From Candidatus Electronema halotolerans (GTDB taxonomy: Bacteria; Desulfobacterota; Desulfobulbia; Desulfobulbales; Desulfobulbaceae), in contig OW818675.1 of NCBI GenBank assembly GCA_942493095.1, positions 1,470,001 through 1,502,000 on the forward strand: a stretch of 32,000 nucleotides of DNA. Reading direction: 5' to 3'. How positions within the stretch are numbered: position 1 is the stretch's first letter; every line of letters starts with the position of its first letter. The notes under the pieces are model-generated. The model saw only the letters and a list, made by a program, of their open reading frames with translations. It had not been told where the DNA came from and made no database searches. Shown piece after piece: positions 16,044 through 25,276 of this stretch. The position numbers and the translations under genes were made by a program.

Positions 16044-18392
16044 TTACTGTTGTTTGCCTTCAACCTGCTTCAGTCTGTTCTGAATGCCGACATTCTTTGG
16101 GTCAATGAGCAGAGCCTGCTTGTACTCTTCAATGGCCCGGTCATCAATGCCGCTGTCTCGATAGAAATCGCCCAAGTAGATATGAAAGGGCGCATAGTCA
16201 GGCAGATAACGGATGCCCTCCCGCAGAACTGCCGCCGCCTTGTCCTGCTCCTTGAGCTTCCGATAATGCTGGAACACAGCCATAAAATAGTATGGTTTTG
16301 GCTGCGGCTCCTGCGCAATGAATGCAAGAGCCTGTTCAAGGAAATAGCCGCTGTCCTCCTCCTTGCCTGCGGCCCGGCTCAGATTGGCGGTATCAATCCA
16401 CGCTGAAGTCAGGTCAGGAAGAATGCTGGCTGTTTCCTCTTTGGAGAAGTCCTGCGCTGTCAGCAGCGGAAAGACGCTTTTCAGCAGCCGGGGGTCATGC
16501 CGCAGCTCCTGGCGCAGAACCTTGAATGCTTCGGTCCAGTGCTTGCGAGACAGCTCAAAGTCAACCCAAGTGCTGAAAGGCCCTTCTTTCAGTTTGGCGC
16601 GGGCATAGCCGGTCTGCACTAACTTGCGGCCTTGGTCCAAATCAGTTTTGGCCACTTCCAAGCCAGCAGCCTGCAAATAATAACCCTCCATTGGCTCCAT
16701 GCGGGCGGCTTCCGTGTAGAACTGCAAGGCCTCATCATTTTTTTGCTGATATTGCCTGATATTGCCCAAGGCATAGCGGTAGTTGCTGCTGAGAGGAGCT
16801 TTTCGGGCAGACTCTTCCAGCAGTTTGTTCAGAATTGGCAGCTGTTGCTCCAAATCAAAATTGGTTGATTCAGAGACGGTTCGTGCTTGGTTGTAATAGC
16901 GGTCAGCAAGAAAAAAGCTGCCTTGCAGGCGCAGCATGGCCAAAAGGAACACGGCGGCAGTGGCAAAGATGACAATGCGCGTCGTTTTTGGGGAAGCGGA
17001 CAAAGGCAGCAGAGTGGGCCGTTTCCGGTAATGCTGCCGGGTATGACCGGCTGAGACCAGCAGGCCGCAAAGCAAGAAAAAATACAAGCTGTTGGCCCAG
17101 TTGTGCAAATTGAAATCCGTGAGGCTGAAGAAAAGCAATCCGGCAATGCCGCTGAAAGCGCCAACAGCGGTCAGAACAGACAGCCGTTCATGCCGCCGGA
17201 AAATCATCCGCCAGCCGCTCTGCAGCACAGCCATGACAAACCAAGCTGCCAAGAAGAATGCGATCAGGCCGCCGTCACTGAGCAGCTCTAAATAATCATT
17301 ATGAGCATGATCATAGATCAGGCTGTCAGCAAAGCTCTTGTATTTGGGAAAAATATCGAGAAAGGTGCCAAAGCCGGTGCCAGTGAGAGGAAAATCAGGA
17401 ATGATTTTGACTGCATCTTTCCAGATGGTCAATCGCGCATCCTGAACAGCCCCTTCATTGAAATCAACCGCCCGTTCAAACTTGGCAACAATGGCATCCC
17501 AGCTGAACCAGCCTCCGGCGGCCAGCAGGCCGAGAAGCAGGAAGAGCAGGGTCCATGTTTGAATCTTGCCCTGACTGCGGGCCAAGATGAGAAAAAAGAG
17601 CAGCATGGCAAAGGCGAGACTGAGAAAACCGCCTCGTGACTGGGCCAGCAGCACCGAGGCGATGACCACAATCACGCCAAAGCCGAAAAAGAGATGCAGA
17701 CTGGCTCCGGTGCCAGAAAAGAGATGCAGGAGCCGCTCCCGGAAGGGTTCGTCAGGGTCAGCAATTGGACGATGCCGCAGGAAAAGGGCCAGCAGCAGCG
17801 GGCAGGTCATGACCATGAACCCGGCGTACTGATTTTTATAGACCCAAGGGCCAAACGAGCCATGCACGTGCTCCATTTTCCGAATAAAAAACAAGCTGTC
17901 CGGGGCGGCGGCCCGCTGGAGCATGGAGACAAAGGCGATGAACAGGGTCAGCCAGACCACGCTGGCGACTGTTGCCGACAGCCGCCTGCTGGAGGTGAGA
18001 AGCTGAATTGTCAGCAGATAGAAGAGGAGATAACTCGTGAAGCGCAGGGCTTCAAACAGCGTGGCCTGCGGATTGATGGTCAGAGGTATCCACGAGTCCG
18101 GCGGCAGGAGATCAAGAACTGGCTGATAGACAGCAACCGTCTGCGGTGAGATGACTTGCACCGCCCCCACTGGCAGCGGCACAAGCTGAACATAGCTCCA
18201 GACAAGGAAGAGCAGAAAAGGCAGCAGGCCGGGAGACCGATAAAACTGTGCTTTGCGGCCAGGCCTGGGCCGGAACCAGAGCAGAACAGCCACGCCCGCC
18301 AGCAGCTGGGCAATGACCGTTGACCAGACCTCTGTGGTGCCAAAGGCCAGCGGGGCAAAAAAAAGAACAATGAGAAAAACAGCAAAAGCCAT
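16044..18392 (-). CDS. O-antigen ligase/polymerase-like (Wzy_C) membrane protein fused to a C-terminal TPR domain
   Basis: 782 aa. About 12 TM helices with the Wzy_C signature region (...YDHAHNDYLELLSDGGLIAF...). The last ~300 aa are TPR-like (…ALQFYTEAARMEP…, …AIEEYKQALLIDPKN…). Its stop abuts the convergent Fe-S gene stop (16043/16044). Confidence 0.8.
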   Translation of the reverse strand: MAFAVFLIVLFFAPLAFGTTEVWSTVIAQLLAGVAVLLWFRPRPGRKAQFYRSPGLLPFLLFLVWSYVQLVPLPVGAVQVISPQTVAVYQPVLDLLPPDSWIPLTINPQATLFEALRFTSYLLFYLLTIQLLTSSRRLSATVASVVWLTLFIAFVSMLQRAAAPDSLFFIRKMEHVHGSFGPWVYKNQYAGFMVMTCPLLLALFLRHRPIADPDEPFRERLLHLFSGTGASLHLFFGFGVIVVIASVLLAQSRGGFLSLAFAMLLFFLILARSQGKIQTWTLLFLLLGLLAAGGWFSWDAIVAKFERAVDFNEGAVQDARLTIWKDAVKIIPDFPLTGTGFGTFLDIFPKYKSFADSLIYDHAHNDYLELLSDGGLIAFFLAAWFVMAVLQSGWRMIFRRHERLSVLTAVGAFSGIAGLLFFSLTDFNLHNWANSLYFFLLCGLLVSAGHTRQHYRKRPTLLPLSASPKTTRIVIFATAAVFLLAMLRLQGSFFLADRYYNQARTVSESTNFDLEQQLPILNKLLEESARKAPLSSNYRYALGNIRQYQQKNDEALQFYTEAARMEPMEGYYLQAAGLEVAKTDLDQGRKLVQTGYARAKLKEGPFSTWVDFELSRKHWTEAFKVLRQELRHDPRLLKSVFPLLTAQDFSKEETASILPDLTSAWIDTANLSRAAGKEEDSGYFLEQALAFIAQEPQPKPYYFMAVFQHYRKLKEQDKAAAVLREGIRYLPDYAPFHIYLGDFYRDSGIDDRAIEEYKQALLIDPKNVGIQNRLKQVEGKQQ

Positions 18393-18404
18393 GCCAAATG
18401 GAGA

Positions 18405-20747
18405 TCAGGCTTCCTGTTCAGGTTCTGCTTTTTTTTTCTTCTTTTTTTTGCCGCTGTCCTCCTGATAATAGCTGCTGTAGCCGCTGTAGCGCGAATAATG
18501 GGAATAGTAGGAGTAATACCCGTAATAGCCCCGATCTACATGTTTTTTCTTCAGGCGGTTGAGAACGATGCCCAGCAGATGGCCATGTCCTTCCCGCAGC
18601 CGCTTGATGCCGCTGTCCAGCATCTCGTAGGTGGTTCTGCCTGCATGCACCACTACCACAGTGCCGTCGGCAATCGGCGACAGGGCCAGACTGTCTGTGA
18701 CCTGCTGCACTGGCGGCGAATCGAGCAGAACAAAGTCGAACTGCTCTTGGGTTTCCTTGACAAGCTGGACCATTCTGGTCGAGTTGAGCAGCTCCGCCGG
18801 ATTGGGTGGCACCGGCCCGGAGGTGATCAGATAAACTTCGCTGTCCGGCACTTGATGAATCAGAGTCTTATTTTCCTCAACATTGCCGGACAGATAATTG
18901 CTAAGACCGTAGTTGTTGACAATACTGAACATGGAATGCTGCCGAGGCCGACGCATGTCACAGTCAATGATCAGCACTTTCTTGTCGTTCTGGGCCAGAA
19001 TATGAGCCAAGTTCTTGGTGGTGGTTGACTTGCCCTCCTGCTGCACCATGCTGGTCATCAGAATGACTCTGGGCGGATGCTCAGGCGTGGAGAGCAGCAG
19101 GCCGGAGCGGATCAGGCGGTAGCTTTCCGCAGTCGGTGTCAGAGGATTGTCACGGACAAAGGTTTCAATATTATGCTTCTTGGGATTCATGTCCTCGACC
19201 GACCCAAGGACTGTCAGGCCGTAGCGCGTCTCAATTTCCGAACCGGATTTGACTGTGTTGTCCAAATAATCCAAGAAGAAAATCAGTCCCAGTCCGCCGC
19301 CCAAGCCGAGCACCAGACCGACTAACAGATACATTTTTTTATTCGGCTTGGAAGGAAATTTTGGCAGTTCCGCTTTTTTGACCGCCCAAATTTTGATGTC
19401 CATAGACTGGGCAGTGACATCTGTGGTCTTGATGCTGGAGGCGAGCGCTTCATAGATGGTGCGGTTCATCTCCTTGTTCCGATTGAGAATCGAATACTGG
19501 GCAAACCGTTCGTTCGTGTTCTGTAGTTCAGCCTTGGTTTCCTCCATCATCTCCTTGATGTCCCGCACTTTGGCCTTGGCCAGCTCATAAGCGTTTTTCG
19601 CCGAGGCCGTGATCCGGTCTATTTCCTGCCGCCGCGCCTGCTGCAGCACCCGCCGCTCCCCCAGAGCCTGCTGCATGGCCGGATGCTTGCGCCCGTATTT
19701 TGCCGACAGCTCCCGCACCTTCTGCTCCGAAGTCACGAGCTGAGTGCGAATCTGCCGCAGAACAGTGCTGTCAGCAAAGAGCGGAATGGTCTCCAAGGCA
19801 TCGTAATTTTTCCCGGCCCGCTCAATCTGCCGATAGATGGCCTCCTGCTCCTTTTCTTTGGTTTGCGCATCAGACAGCTCTTTGCTGAAGCCGGACAGCC
19901 GCTCCGGCAGCACCGTGAGCCGGTTCTCCACCGTGACAATGTCATTCTTGCGCATGTAGTCTTGGAGCGTCTGCTCTGCTTGGTCCAGCTTTTTCCGCTC
20001 CTCCTCAGCCTTGGCGGTCATCCACTGGAGGGCATTCCGGGCTGTGCTGGTTTTGATGTCCATAGTTTCATCAATATAGGCCTGGACCAGCGCATCCGCC
20101 ACGAGCTGGGCCATCTCCGGCTTCTCGTGAGTGTAGAACACATCTGCCAGCTTGGTGTTCCTGACTGGACTGACATCAATATTCTGCTGGATGATCTTGG
20201 CGATCTTTTGCGTGTCACTTTCTGGTTCGGCAACGATTTTTTCACTGTCGTCCTCATCTCCAGCCGCCAGCAAGGCTGCCTCCTCCTGAGCAAGCTGCGG
20301 GCTGACCAGTCCCTCAAGGGCGGCAACCGCATCACTGATCAACGAGGAGAGCCAGTCAATGACCTGAGCAGGCAGGCCCGGCTCCACTGGTTTGTCGGTA
20401 AGAAAATAATGCCGGTATTTCGTGTCAAGATGCAGGTTTGTCACCACCCGCAAGACAACGCTCTGGCTGAGTATCGTCTGAAATTGGGTTTCTTGAAAGC
20501 TGGGGTCCCAGCCTGCATACGGGCTGTTCGCGCCTTCAATCCGGCCCATGTCAAAATTTTTGTCAATCAGCACTCTGGTGGAGGCGGTGTAAAGCGGGAC
20601 TTTGGAAAAAGCGGACAGGACAGCGGCAATAACACAAATGCTGACGATAGTCACCAGCAGCCCTTTGCGTTTGGAGACAATGCGCAGATAATCACGCAGG
20701 TGCAGCTCCTTCTCCGGCCCTTCCTGGAGGGTGTCTTCAGAATGCAT
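18405..20747 (-). CDS. Polysaccharide co-polymerase / tyrosine autokinase (Wzc/GumC/EpsG-like BY-kinase)
   Basis: 780 aa. Wzz-like N-terminus with a TM helix, a long coiled-coil periplasmic region and a second TM helix. P-loop kinase domain: Walker A QQEGKST, Walker A' VLIIDCDMRRP, Walker B FDFVLLDSPP. Tyr-rich tail GYYGYYSYYSHYSRYSGYSSYY followed by K7. Confidence 0.9.
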   Translation of the reverse strand: MHSEDTLQEGPEKELHLRDYLRIVSKRKGLLVTIVSICVIAAVLSAFSKVPLYTASTRVLIDKNFDMGRIEGANSPYAGWDPSFQETQFQTILSQSVVLRVVTNLHLDTKYRHYFLTDKPVEPGLPAQVIDWLSSLISDAVAALEGLVSPQLAQEEAALLAAGDEDDSEKIVAEPESDTQKIAKIIQQNIDVSPVRNTKLADVFYTHEKPEMAQLVADALVQAYIDETMDIKTSTARNALQWMTAKAEEERKKLDQAEQTLQDYMRKNDIVTVENRLTVLPERLSGFSKELSDAQTKEKEQEAIYRQIERAGKNYDALETIPLFADSTVLRQIRTQLVTSEQKVRELSAKYGRKHPAMQQALGERRVLQQARRQEIDRITASAKNAYELAKAKVRDIKEMMEETKAELQNTNERFAQYSILNRNKEMNRTIYEALASSIKTTDVTAQSMDIKIWAVKKAELPKFPSKPNKKMYLLVGLVLGLGGGLGLIFFLDYLDNTVKSGSEIETRYGLTVLGSVEDMNPKKHNIETFVRDNPLTPTAESYRLIRSGLLLSTPEHPPRVILMTSMVQQEGKSTTTKNLAHILAQNDKKVLIIDCDMRRPRQHSMFSIVNNYGLSNYLSGNVEENKTLIHQVPDSEVYLITSGPVPPNPAELLNSTRMVQLVKETQEQFDFVLLDSPPVQQVTDSLALSPIADGTVVVVHAGRTTYEMLDSGIKRLREGHGHLLGIVLNRLKKKHVDRGYYGYYSYYSHYSRYSGYSSYYQEDSGKKKKKKKAEPEQEA

Positions 20748-20818
20748 TTCTTTGAGAGGCTAAGTATAAAAAATCGGAATGACAAGCGGAACCGGCCTGA
20801 CCGACCGGTCAGACATGC

Positions 20819-21637
20819 TCAGAAAAAGCTTTCCGGCACTTCGATGACATCATCTTGCAGCACTTTTGCATCTAAACTGACATGTTCCAGCACCTGCTTT
20901 TTTCCGTTGACAATCCGGTTGATCTTGATGCGTGAGTCCGCTGCCATGCCGGTGAAGCCGCTGGCCAAGGAGACCACTTTGAGCACGGTGATATTTTCTA
21001 TCCACGGGTAGGAGCCGGGACGTTTGACTTGTCCAGTGATGTAGCAGACCGGCGGCTCGCCCTCGGCCACTGCCACTGTTTCGCCGCCCATGATGGGAAT
21101 GTTGCTGGCGGCATCGCTGTCTTCAATCAGTTTTTTCACATCAAGGGTGACAGTCTTGCCGTTCTCGCTGGTCACTGTAATGGTGTCGCCTGCGTCTTTG
21201 CTCAAACCGCCGGCCTTGGAAATCAATTCCAGTAGGGTGGTCGGCCCGCTCAGTTCAATCAGGCCCGGTCGGTTGAACGGCCCCAGCGCGGCCACCTTCT
21301 TGCTTCTGAATTCTTCAATGTAAATTTGCACCTGCGGATTGACTATGTAGCCATCAGCAAGCATGATTTCAATTTTTCTCGCTGCGGCCGAGGTCTTGAT
21401 GCCGCCGACCCGCACGGTGCCGATGAGCGGAAAATCAATGTCTCCACTTTCTGAAACCCGGACTTTTGTCTTCAGTTCGTCGTAGCCATAAACAGAGATG
21501 GAGAGCACGTCTCCTGCGCCGATCTGATAATCCTCGGCTGCTGCGGGCAAAGCCGGCAGCAGCAGACGGCAGAGCAGAAACAGGGAGAAGATTTTCAGCA
21601 GCAGGCCAGCCGAAAAGAAGGAAGAACGTGTTTTCAT
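20819..21637 (-). CDS. Wza-like polysaccharide export protein (Poly_export + SLBB)
   Basis: 272 aa. Signal sequence, then DYQIGAGDVLSISVYG (Poly_export signature) and an SLBB-like C-terminal part (…ITGQVKRPGSYP…). Confidence 0.85.
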   Translation of the reverse strand: MKTRSSFFSAGLLLKIFSLFLLCRLLLPALPAAAEDYQIGAGDVLSISVYGYDELKTKVRVSESGDIDFPLIGTVRVGGIKTSAAARKIEIMLADGYIVNPQVQIYIEEFRSKKVAALGPFNRPGLIELSGPTTLLELISKAGGLSKDAGDTITVTSENGKTVTLDVKKLIEDSDAASNIPIMGGETVAVAEGEPPVCYITGQVKRPGSYPWIENITVLKVVSLASGFTGMAADSRIKINRIVNGKKQVLEHVSLDAKVLQDDVIEVPESFF

Positions 21638-21749
21638 AAGTAGGAACAGATGTTGAGGAATCTACAGACACATTCGCGTGCTCATCTTCTCCGTCTGCCC
21701 TGCGGCGGCACAGGCGAAAAAGATGAGCAGCAATTCAATCAGATGCAGC

Positions 21750-23159
21750 TCAGAACGATCCCCGGACACCAAAGCCGATGGTGCTGGTGTCGTAATCCAG
21801 CCCCTCGTAGTCGGAATCTTTGGTGTCGTAGCTGAAATAGGCGTTCAGGAACAGCCACTTGTTGACAGCGAACTGCACCTGCGGCTTGAAGTACCAGCGG
21901 TCATCATTGCGGGTGCCGCCGCCGAACTGCGCATACTCAGAATCTTCATAGACAAGATTGACATCGCCCCGGAGCCGGTCTGTGAACCGGTGATCAAGGG
22001 CAACCCGGAAGGAGAGCACGCTCTTGTTCTGAGCCATCTCGCTGTCTGACTGCTCAATGCTGTACTTGGCATTCAGCAGCAGGTTGCTTTTCACGGTCGC
22101 ATGCCATATTCCTTGGGTCTCGAAGTAGAAAGTTGAGTCGCTGTCATCGTAGGTGGTGTAGTAATACGGACTGCTCGGACTCAACTCGTCGTAATCAACA
22201 GACTGGATGCCGGCTTTGGCCATCAGGTTGGTTTTGACCGTGGCCTGCCAGTTGATGCCGCCTGCGAGGAAGTTGTTGTCGTTATCCGGCATTTGCTCCT
22301 CATCATACGCGGCAACAAGATACTGATATTGAGCAAAGAAGTTGGTCTTGCCGCTGTACTCGTAATAAACGGCGAGATCAAAGCCGTTGTCTGTGCGGTT
22401 CATGTAGTCATTGATATCCTCGTCATACTCCAAGAAAAAGTTTCTGTACGCCGCCTTGGCGGAAAACTTGTCCTTGGAATACCATGCCGCGCCCAGACCG
22501 AACACGTTTGAGTCATAAATACGGTCGTTCTCCTGGGTTGCCTCGGCAATGTTGTAAATATCCTGACTGTGGGTATATTTGTCCAGAGCTTGGAAGGTGA
22601 GCTTCTCGCCGGGCCGGTACTGGAACATCGCCTCAAGGTCGCCTTCTGTATGATTCAGGTCAGAATTCTCCGAGTAGGCCTTGTAGTCAAGTCCAGCGGC
22701 AAGATACGCCTGCATCCTGGTGTACACATCTGTGTCAGGCGGAGAATATTGCAGGCCGCCAATAGCAGTGTTGTCAGAGACAAGCTGGATGGGCCGCTTG
22801 GACCGTCTCGGCAGTGTCAGCCAGACAGACGGTGATATCTGGGTCAGAAAATTGCTCTTCTTGTCCGCATCGGTGTTGTAGATGTTGTCTGTCCACTCGC
22901 CCCTCGCGCCCAAGGCGGCATGAACATAGCCATTGCGATAGCCGAAGACATAGCCCTCATCAGAATCAGAAGAGGCATCCTCCTCGCCCGCATCATAAGC
23001 ATCAGCAGGTTGAGCTTCCTCTGGGCGATCCACTATGGTTGTCATCTCCTGACCGCCAGCCTCGCCGCCAGCGTCACTGCTGACCGTTGCTTCTGTCTGT
23101 GCCTGGGCCTGAGCCGCAAGGAAGAGCACCAGCACACCTGCATAATATTTCTTCATCAT
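21750..23159 (-). CDS. Outer-membrane beta-barrel protein (EPS-locus associated)
   Basis: Start at ATG 23159 or 23156, after AAAGGAGAG. Signal peptide MMKKYYAGVLVLFLAAQAQA. Alternating aromatic/hydrophilic strands throughout, with a terminal ...GFGVRGSF (C-terminal Phe). The position next to wza/wzc is like the barrel proteins of exosortase-type EPS loci; that comparison is from memory. Confidence 0.7.
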   Translation of the reverse strand: MMKKYYAGVLVLFLAAQAQAQTEATVSSDAGGEAGGQEMTTIVDRPEEAQPADAYDAGEEDASSDSDEGYVFGYRNGYVHAALGARGEWTDNIYNTDADKKSNFLTQISPSVWLTLPRRSKRPIQLVSDNTAIGGLQYSPPDTDVYTRMQAYLAAGLDYKAYSENSDLNHTEGDLEAMFQYRPGEKLTFQALDKYTHSQDIYNIAEATQENDRIYDSNVFGLGAAWYSKDKFSAKAAYRNFFLEYDEDINDYMNRTDNGFDLAVYYEYSGKTNFFAQYQYLVAAYDEEQMPDNDNNFLAGGINWQATVKTNLMAKAGIQSVDYDELSPSSPYYYTTYDDSDSTFYFETQGIWHATVKSNLLLNAKYSIEQSDSEMAQNKSVLSFRVALDHRFTDRLRGDVNLVYEDSEYAQFGGGTRNDDRWYFKPQVQFAVNKWLFLNAYFSYDTKDSDYEGLDYDTSTIGFGVRGSF

Positions 23160-23195
23160 TCTCTCCTTTGATTTTGCGTTCATTGTCCAGACAGC

Positions 23196-23756
23196 TTACG
23201 GAATGCTCGGGCTGACAGGGGGAGGCAGCGGCGGCGGCATTATTGACGTGCCGCTGCTTGAGCTGCTTGTTCCAGAACCGCCGCCAGATGAACCGCCCGC
23301 CGTTCCGCCAGTATTGACAACCGGAGGAACTTCGGGGACATTAATGCCTGTCGGAGGAGTTCCCGGCAAACCGCTGTCTCCAGAAGGAATTTCTGTTTCC
23401 AAAATATCCCGGTCGGTTAAGGCGATTTTCGAGCCGCACTCCTCAATGCTCTGCTGCAAGGCGGATTTGATGTCTTTAGGGATGATGCCCAGCGCGCTGG
23501 CAGCCCGGTCAACAACATCGACATCCACACCAGCGCAGTACAGGGCTTTCATGGAAAGCTGCTCGCTGAATTTTTCCCTGTTCTTCAGCACATAATCCAA
23601 GATGGCCTGCGGCGTGACATCATCGGCAAGGGCGTTCTCTATGGCCACATCAAGGCCAAACTTGTCATAATCCTTTGTAAAATCTTCAGTCCAAGCGGCA
23701 AAGGCCTGCCCGCTCATCAGCAGAAAAAACAGAGCTGCTGCCAATGCTTTTTTCAT
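23196..23756 (-). CDS. Secreted hypothetical protein with Pro/Gly/Ser-rich C-terminal tail
   Basis: ATG 23756 follows SD AGGAGA. Signal peptide MKKALAAALFFLLMSGQAFA. A ~110-aa helical domain is followed by a low-complexity GGTAGGSSGGGSGTSSSSSGT...PPPLPPPVSPSIP tail. Confidence 0.6.
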   Translation of the reverse strand: MKKALAAALFFLLMSGQAFAAWTEDFTKDYDKFGLDVAIENALADDVTPQAILDYVLKNREKFSEQLSMKALYCAGVDVDVVDRAASALGIIPKDIKSALQQSIEECGSKIALTDRDILETEIPSGDSGLPGTPPTGINVPEVPPVVNTGGTAGGSSGGGSGTSSSSSGTSIMPPPLPPPVSPSIP

Positions 23757-23810
23757 CAGCGTTCTCCTGTGGTGATTGTGATTGTTCCTCTTGGCTAAGA
23801 ATAGCATTTT

Positions 23811-24344
23811 TTATACTTTCTGCCCACAAGAAAAACAAGTTTTTTCACCCTCTGGCTGTGTGAAAGAAAGCAGCACTGACTTGCGTTCCGGCACAAACTG
23901 CCTGCATGACACGCCTGCCTTGGCAAACATGATTTTTGCCGCCCTGACTGAATCTGTGTCCTTGTACTTGTCCGACAAGTAGATGATCTCCCGGATGCCG
24001 GACTGAATGATCACCTTGCCGCATTCATTGCAGGGGAACAGGGCCACGTAAATTCGGCAGTCGTGCAGGTCGCGGGCAGTTGAATTGAGCACCGCGTTCA
24101 GCTCGGCATGACAGACATAAGGATATTTGGTCTCCAAATACGCGCCTTCGCGGTCCCAAGGCAGCTCGTCGTCTGAGCAGCCCCACGGGAAGCCGTTATA
24201 GCCCACACCAATAATTTTATTGGATGAATTTGCCACACAGGCCCCGACTCTGGTGTTCGGGTCTTTGGAGCGCAGCCCGGAGAGCAGGGCCACGGCCATG
24301 AAATATTCGTCCCAAGAAAGATAATCCGTGCGCTTGCCAGCCAC
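23811..24344 (-). CDS. Deoxycytidylate (dCMP) deaminase
   Basis: GTG start follows a strong SD AAGGAGGA. Zinc-binding motifs HAELNAV and PCNECGKVI. The N-terminus has the typical SWDEYFMAVALLSGLRS. Confidence 0.9.
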   Translation of the reverse strand: MAGKRTDYLSWDEYFMAVALLSGLRSKDPNTRVGACVANSSNKIIGVGYNGFPWGCSDDELPWDREGAYLETKYPYVCHAELNAVLNSTARDLHDCRIYVALFPCNECGKVIIQSGIREIIYLSDKYKDTDSVRAAKIMFAKAGVSCRQFVPERKSVLLSFTQPEGEKTCFSCGQKV

Positions 24345-24346
24345 GT

Positions 24347-25276
24347 CTATTCCTCCTTGTCTTGCTGCGCGTCTTTGAACTGTTTCCGCCGCTTGCGCCA
24401 GTCGTCCGCACCTGTGGCCTGCCGGACAAAACGGCTGACAGCCTGAAAATAGTATTTGCCGCCCACGGCAATCAGCGAGTTATGGTCTGCGCCCGGCACA
24501 ACTTGCAGCTCCTTGCTGCGCGCCCCGCATTCGGCGTGCAGCTTTTCAGCCTGCCAAAGCGGAATCAGCGTGTCGTTGTGGCCGTGCAGGAGCAGCGTCG
24601 GCTTGGTCACTTTGCGGATTTTGCCGACATTGTTGAAGGTCTGCTCCTCAGTGAGAGGAATTTCTTTGAGCAGATCGCCCATGCCCAAGGTGGCCGCCAG
24701 TGGCAGAGTAAGGGCAAAGCCGCTGTCAATGATCAGGCCGCTGATCTCGCTGTTGTACGCAGCAGCCAGCTCGATGGCCGCTGCGGAACCGAGCGAGCGG
24801 CCCATCAGGAACAAAGCCGGGTTGCCGCCGTTTTCCTGCAAATGCTCTTGCAGCCACTTGTAGAGAACATGACTGTCTGCGAGCAGATTGGAGAAGCTCG
24901 GACTGCCGCCGCTCCAGCCGTAGCCCCGGTAATCCGTGACAAAAAAACTGAGGCCCTGTTCCACGTAAAACGGGCCGATCTCGTCATAATCTGAAACAAT
25001 TTCACCGTTGCCGTGAAAAAAAAGAATGGTCGGCGCGGCCTTGTCGGCCATGAACAGGCGGCAGCCAATGCTGATGCCCGGCTCGACTTCAACAGCAAAA
25101 TCTGCGGCCCCGGGCGGCAGAGAGGTGCGGGCGGCAGCGCGGGGCCGGAAGAGGACGTGCTGCACTTCAGGACGATTCATGGGATTGCTTTCTGTTTCCT
25201 TGGAATGCTCCGGGCCGGTGCAGCTCCAAAGCAGGGCAAGGAGCAGAATCAGCCGGAGTCCTTTTGTGTTCATCAT
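24347..25276 (-). CDS. Alpha/beta-hydrolase lipoprotein
   Basis: ATG 25276 overlaps the upstream stop (TGATG). Lipobox LLWSC. HGNGE oxyanion region, nucleophile elbow GRSLGS, and Asp/His candidates in HGHNDTLIP and GADHNS. Confidence 0.8.
   Translation of the reverse strand: MMNTKGLRLILLLALLWSCTGPEHSKETESNPMNRPEVQHVLFRPRAAARTSLPPGAADFAVEVEPGISIGCRLFMADKAAPTILFFHGNGEIVSDYDEIGPFYVEQGLSFFVTDYRGYGWSGGSPSFSNLLADSHVLYKWLQEHLQENGGNPALFLMGRSLGSAAAIELAAAYNSEISGLIIDSGFALTLPLAATLGMGDLLKEIPLTEEQTFNNVGKIRKVTKPTLLLHGHNDTLIPLWQAEKLHAECGARSKELQVVPGADHNSLIAVGGKYYFQAVSRFVRQATGADDWRKRRKQFKDAQQDKEE

Noticed and set aside
19683-21011. 442-aa plus-strand ORF spanning the wzc start and the wza end
   Set aside because: It is antisense to two well-supported genes and crosses their intergenic region. 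It has low-complexity Leu/Arg-rich composition and is a shadow ORF.
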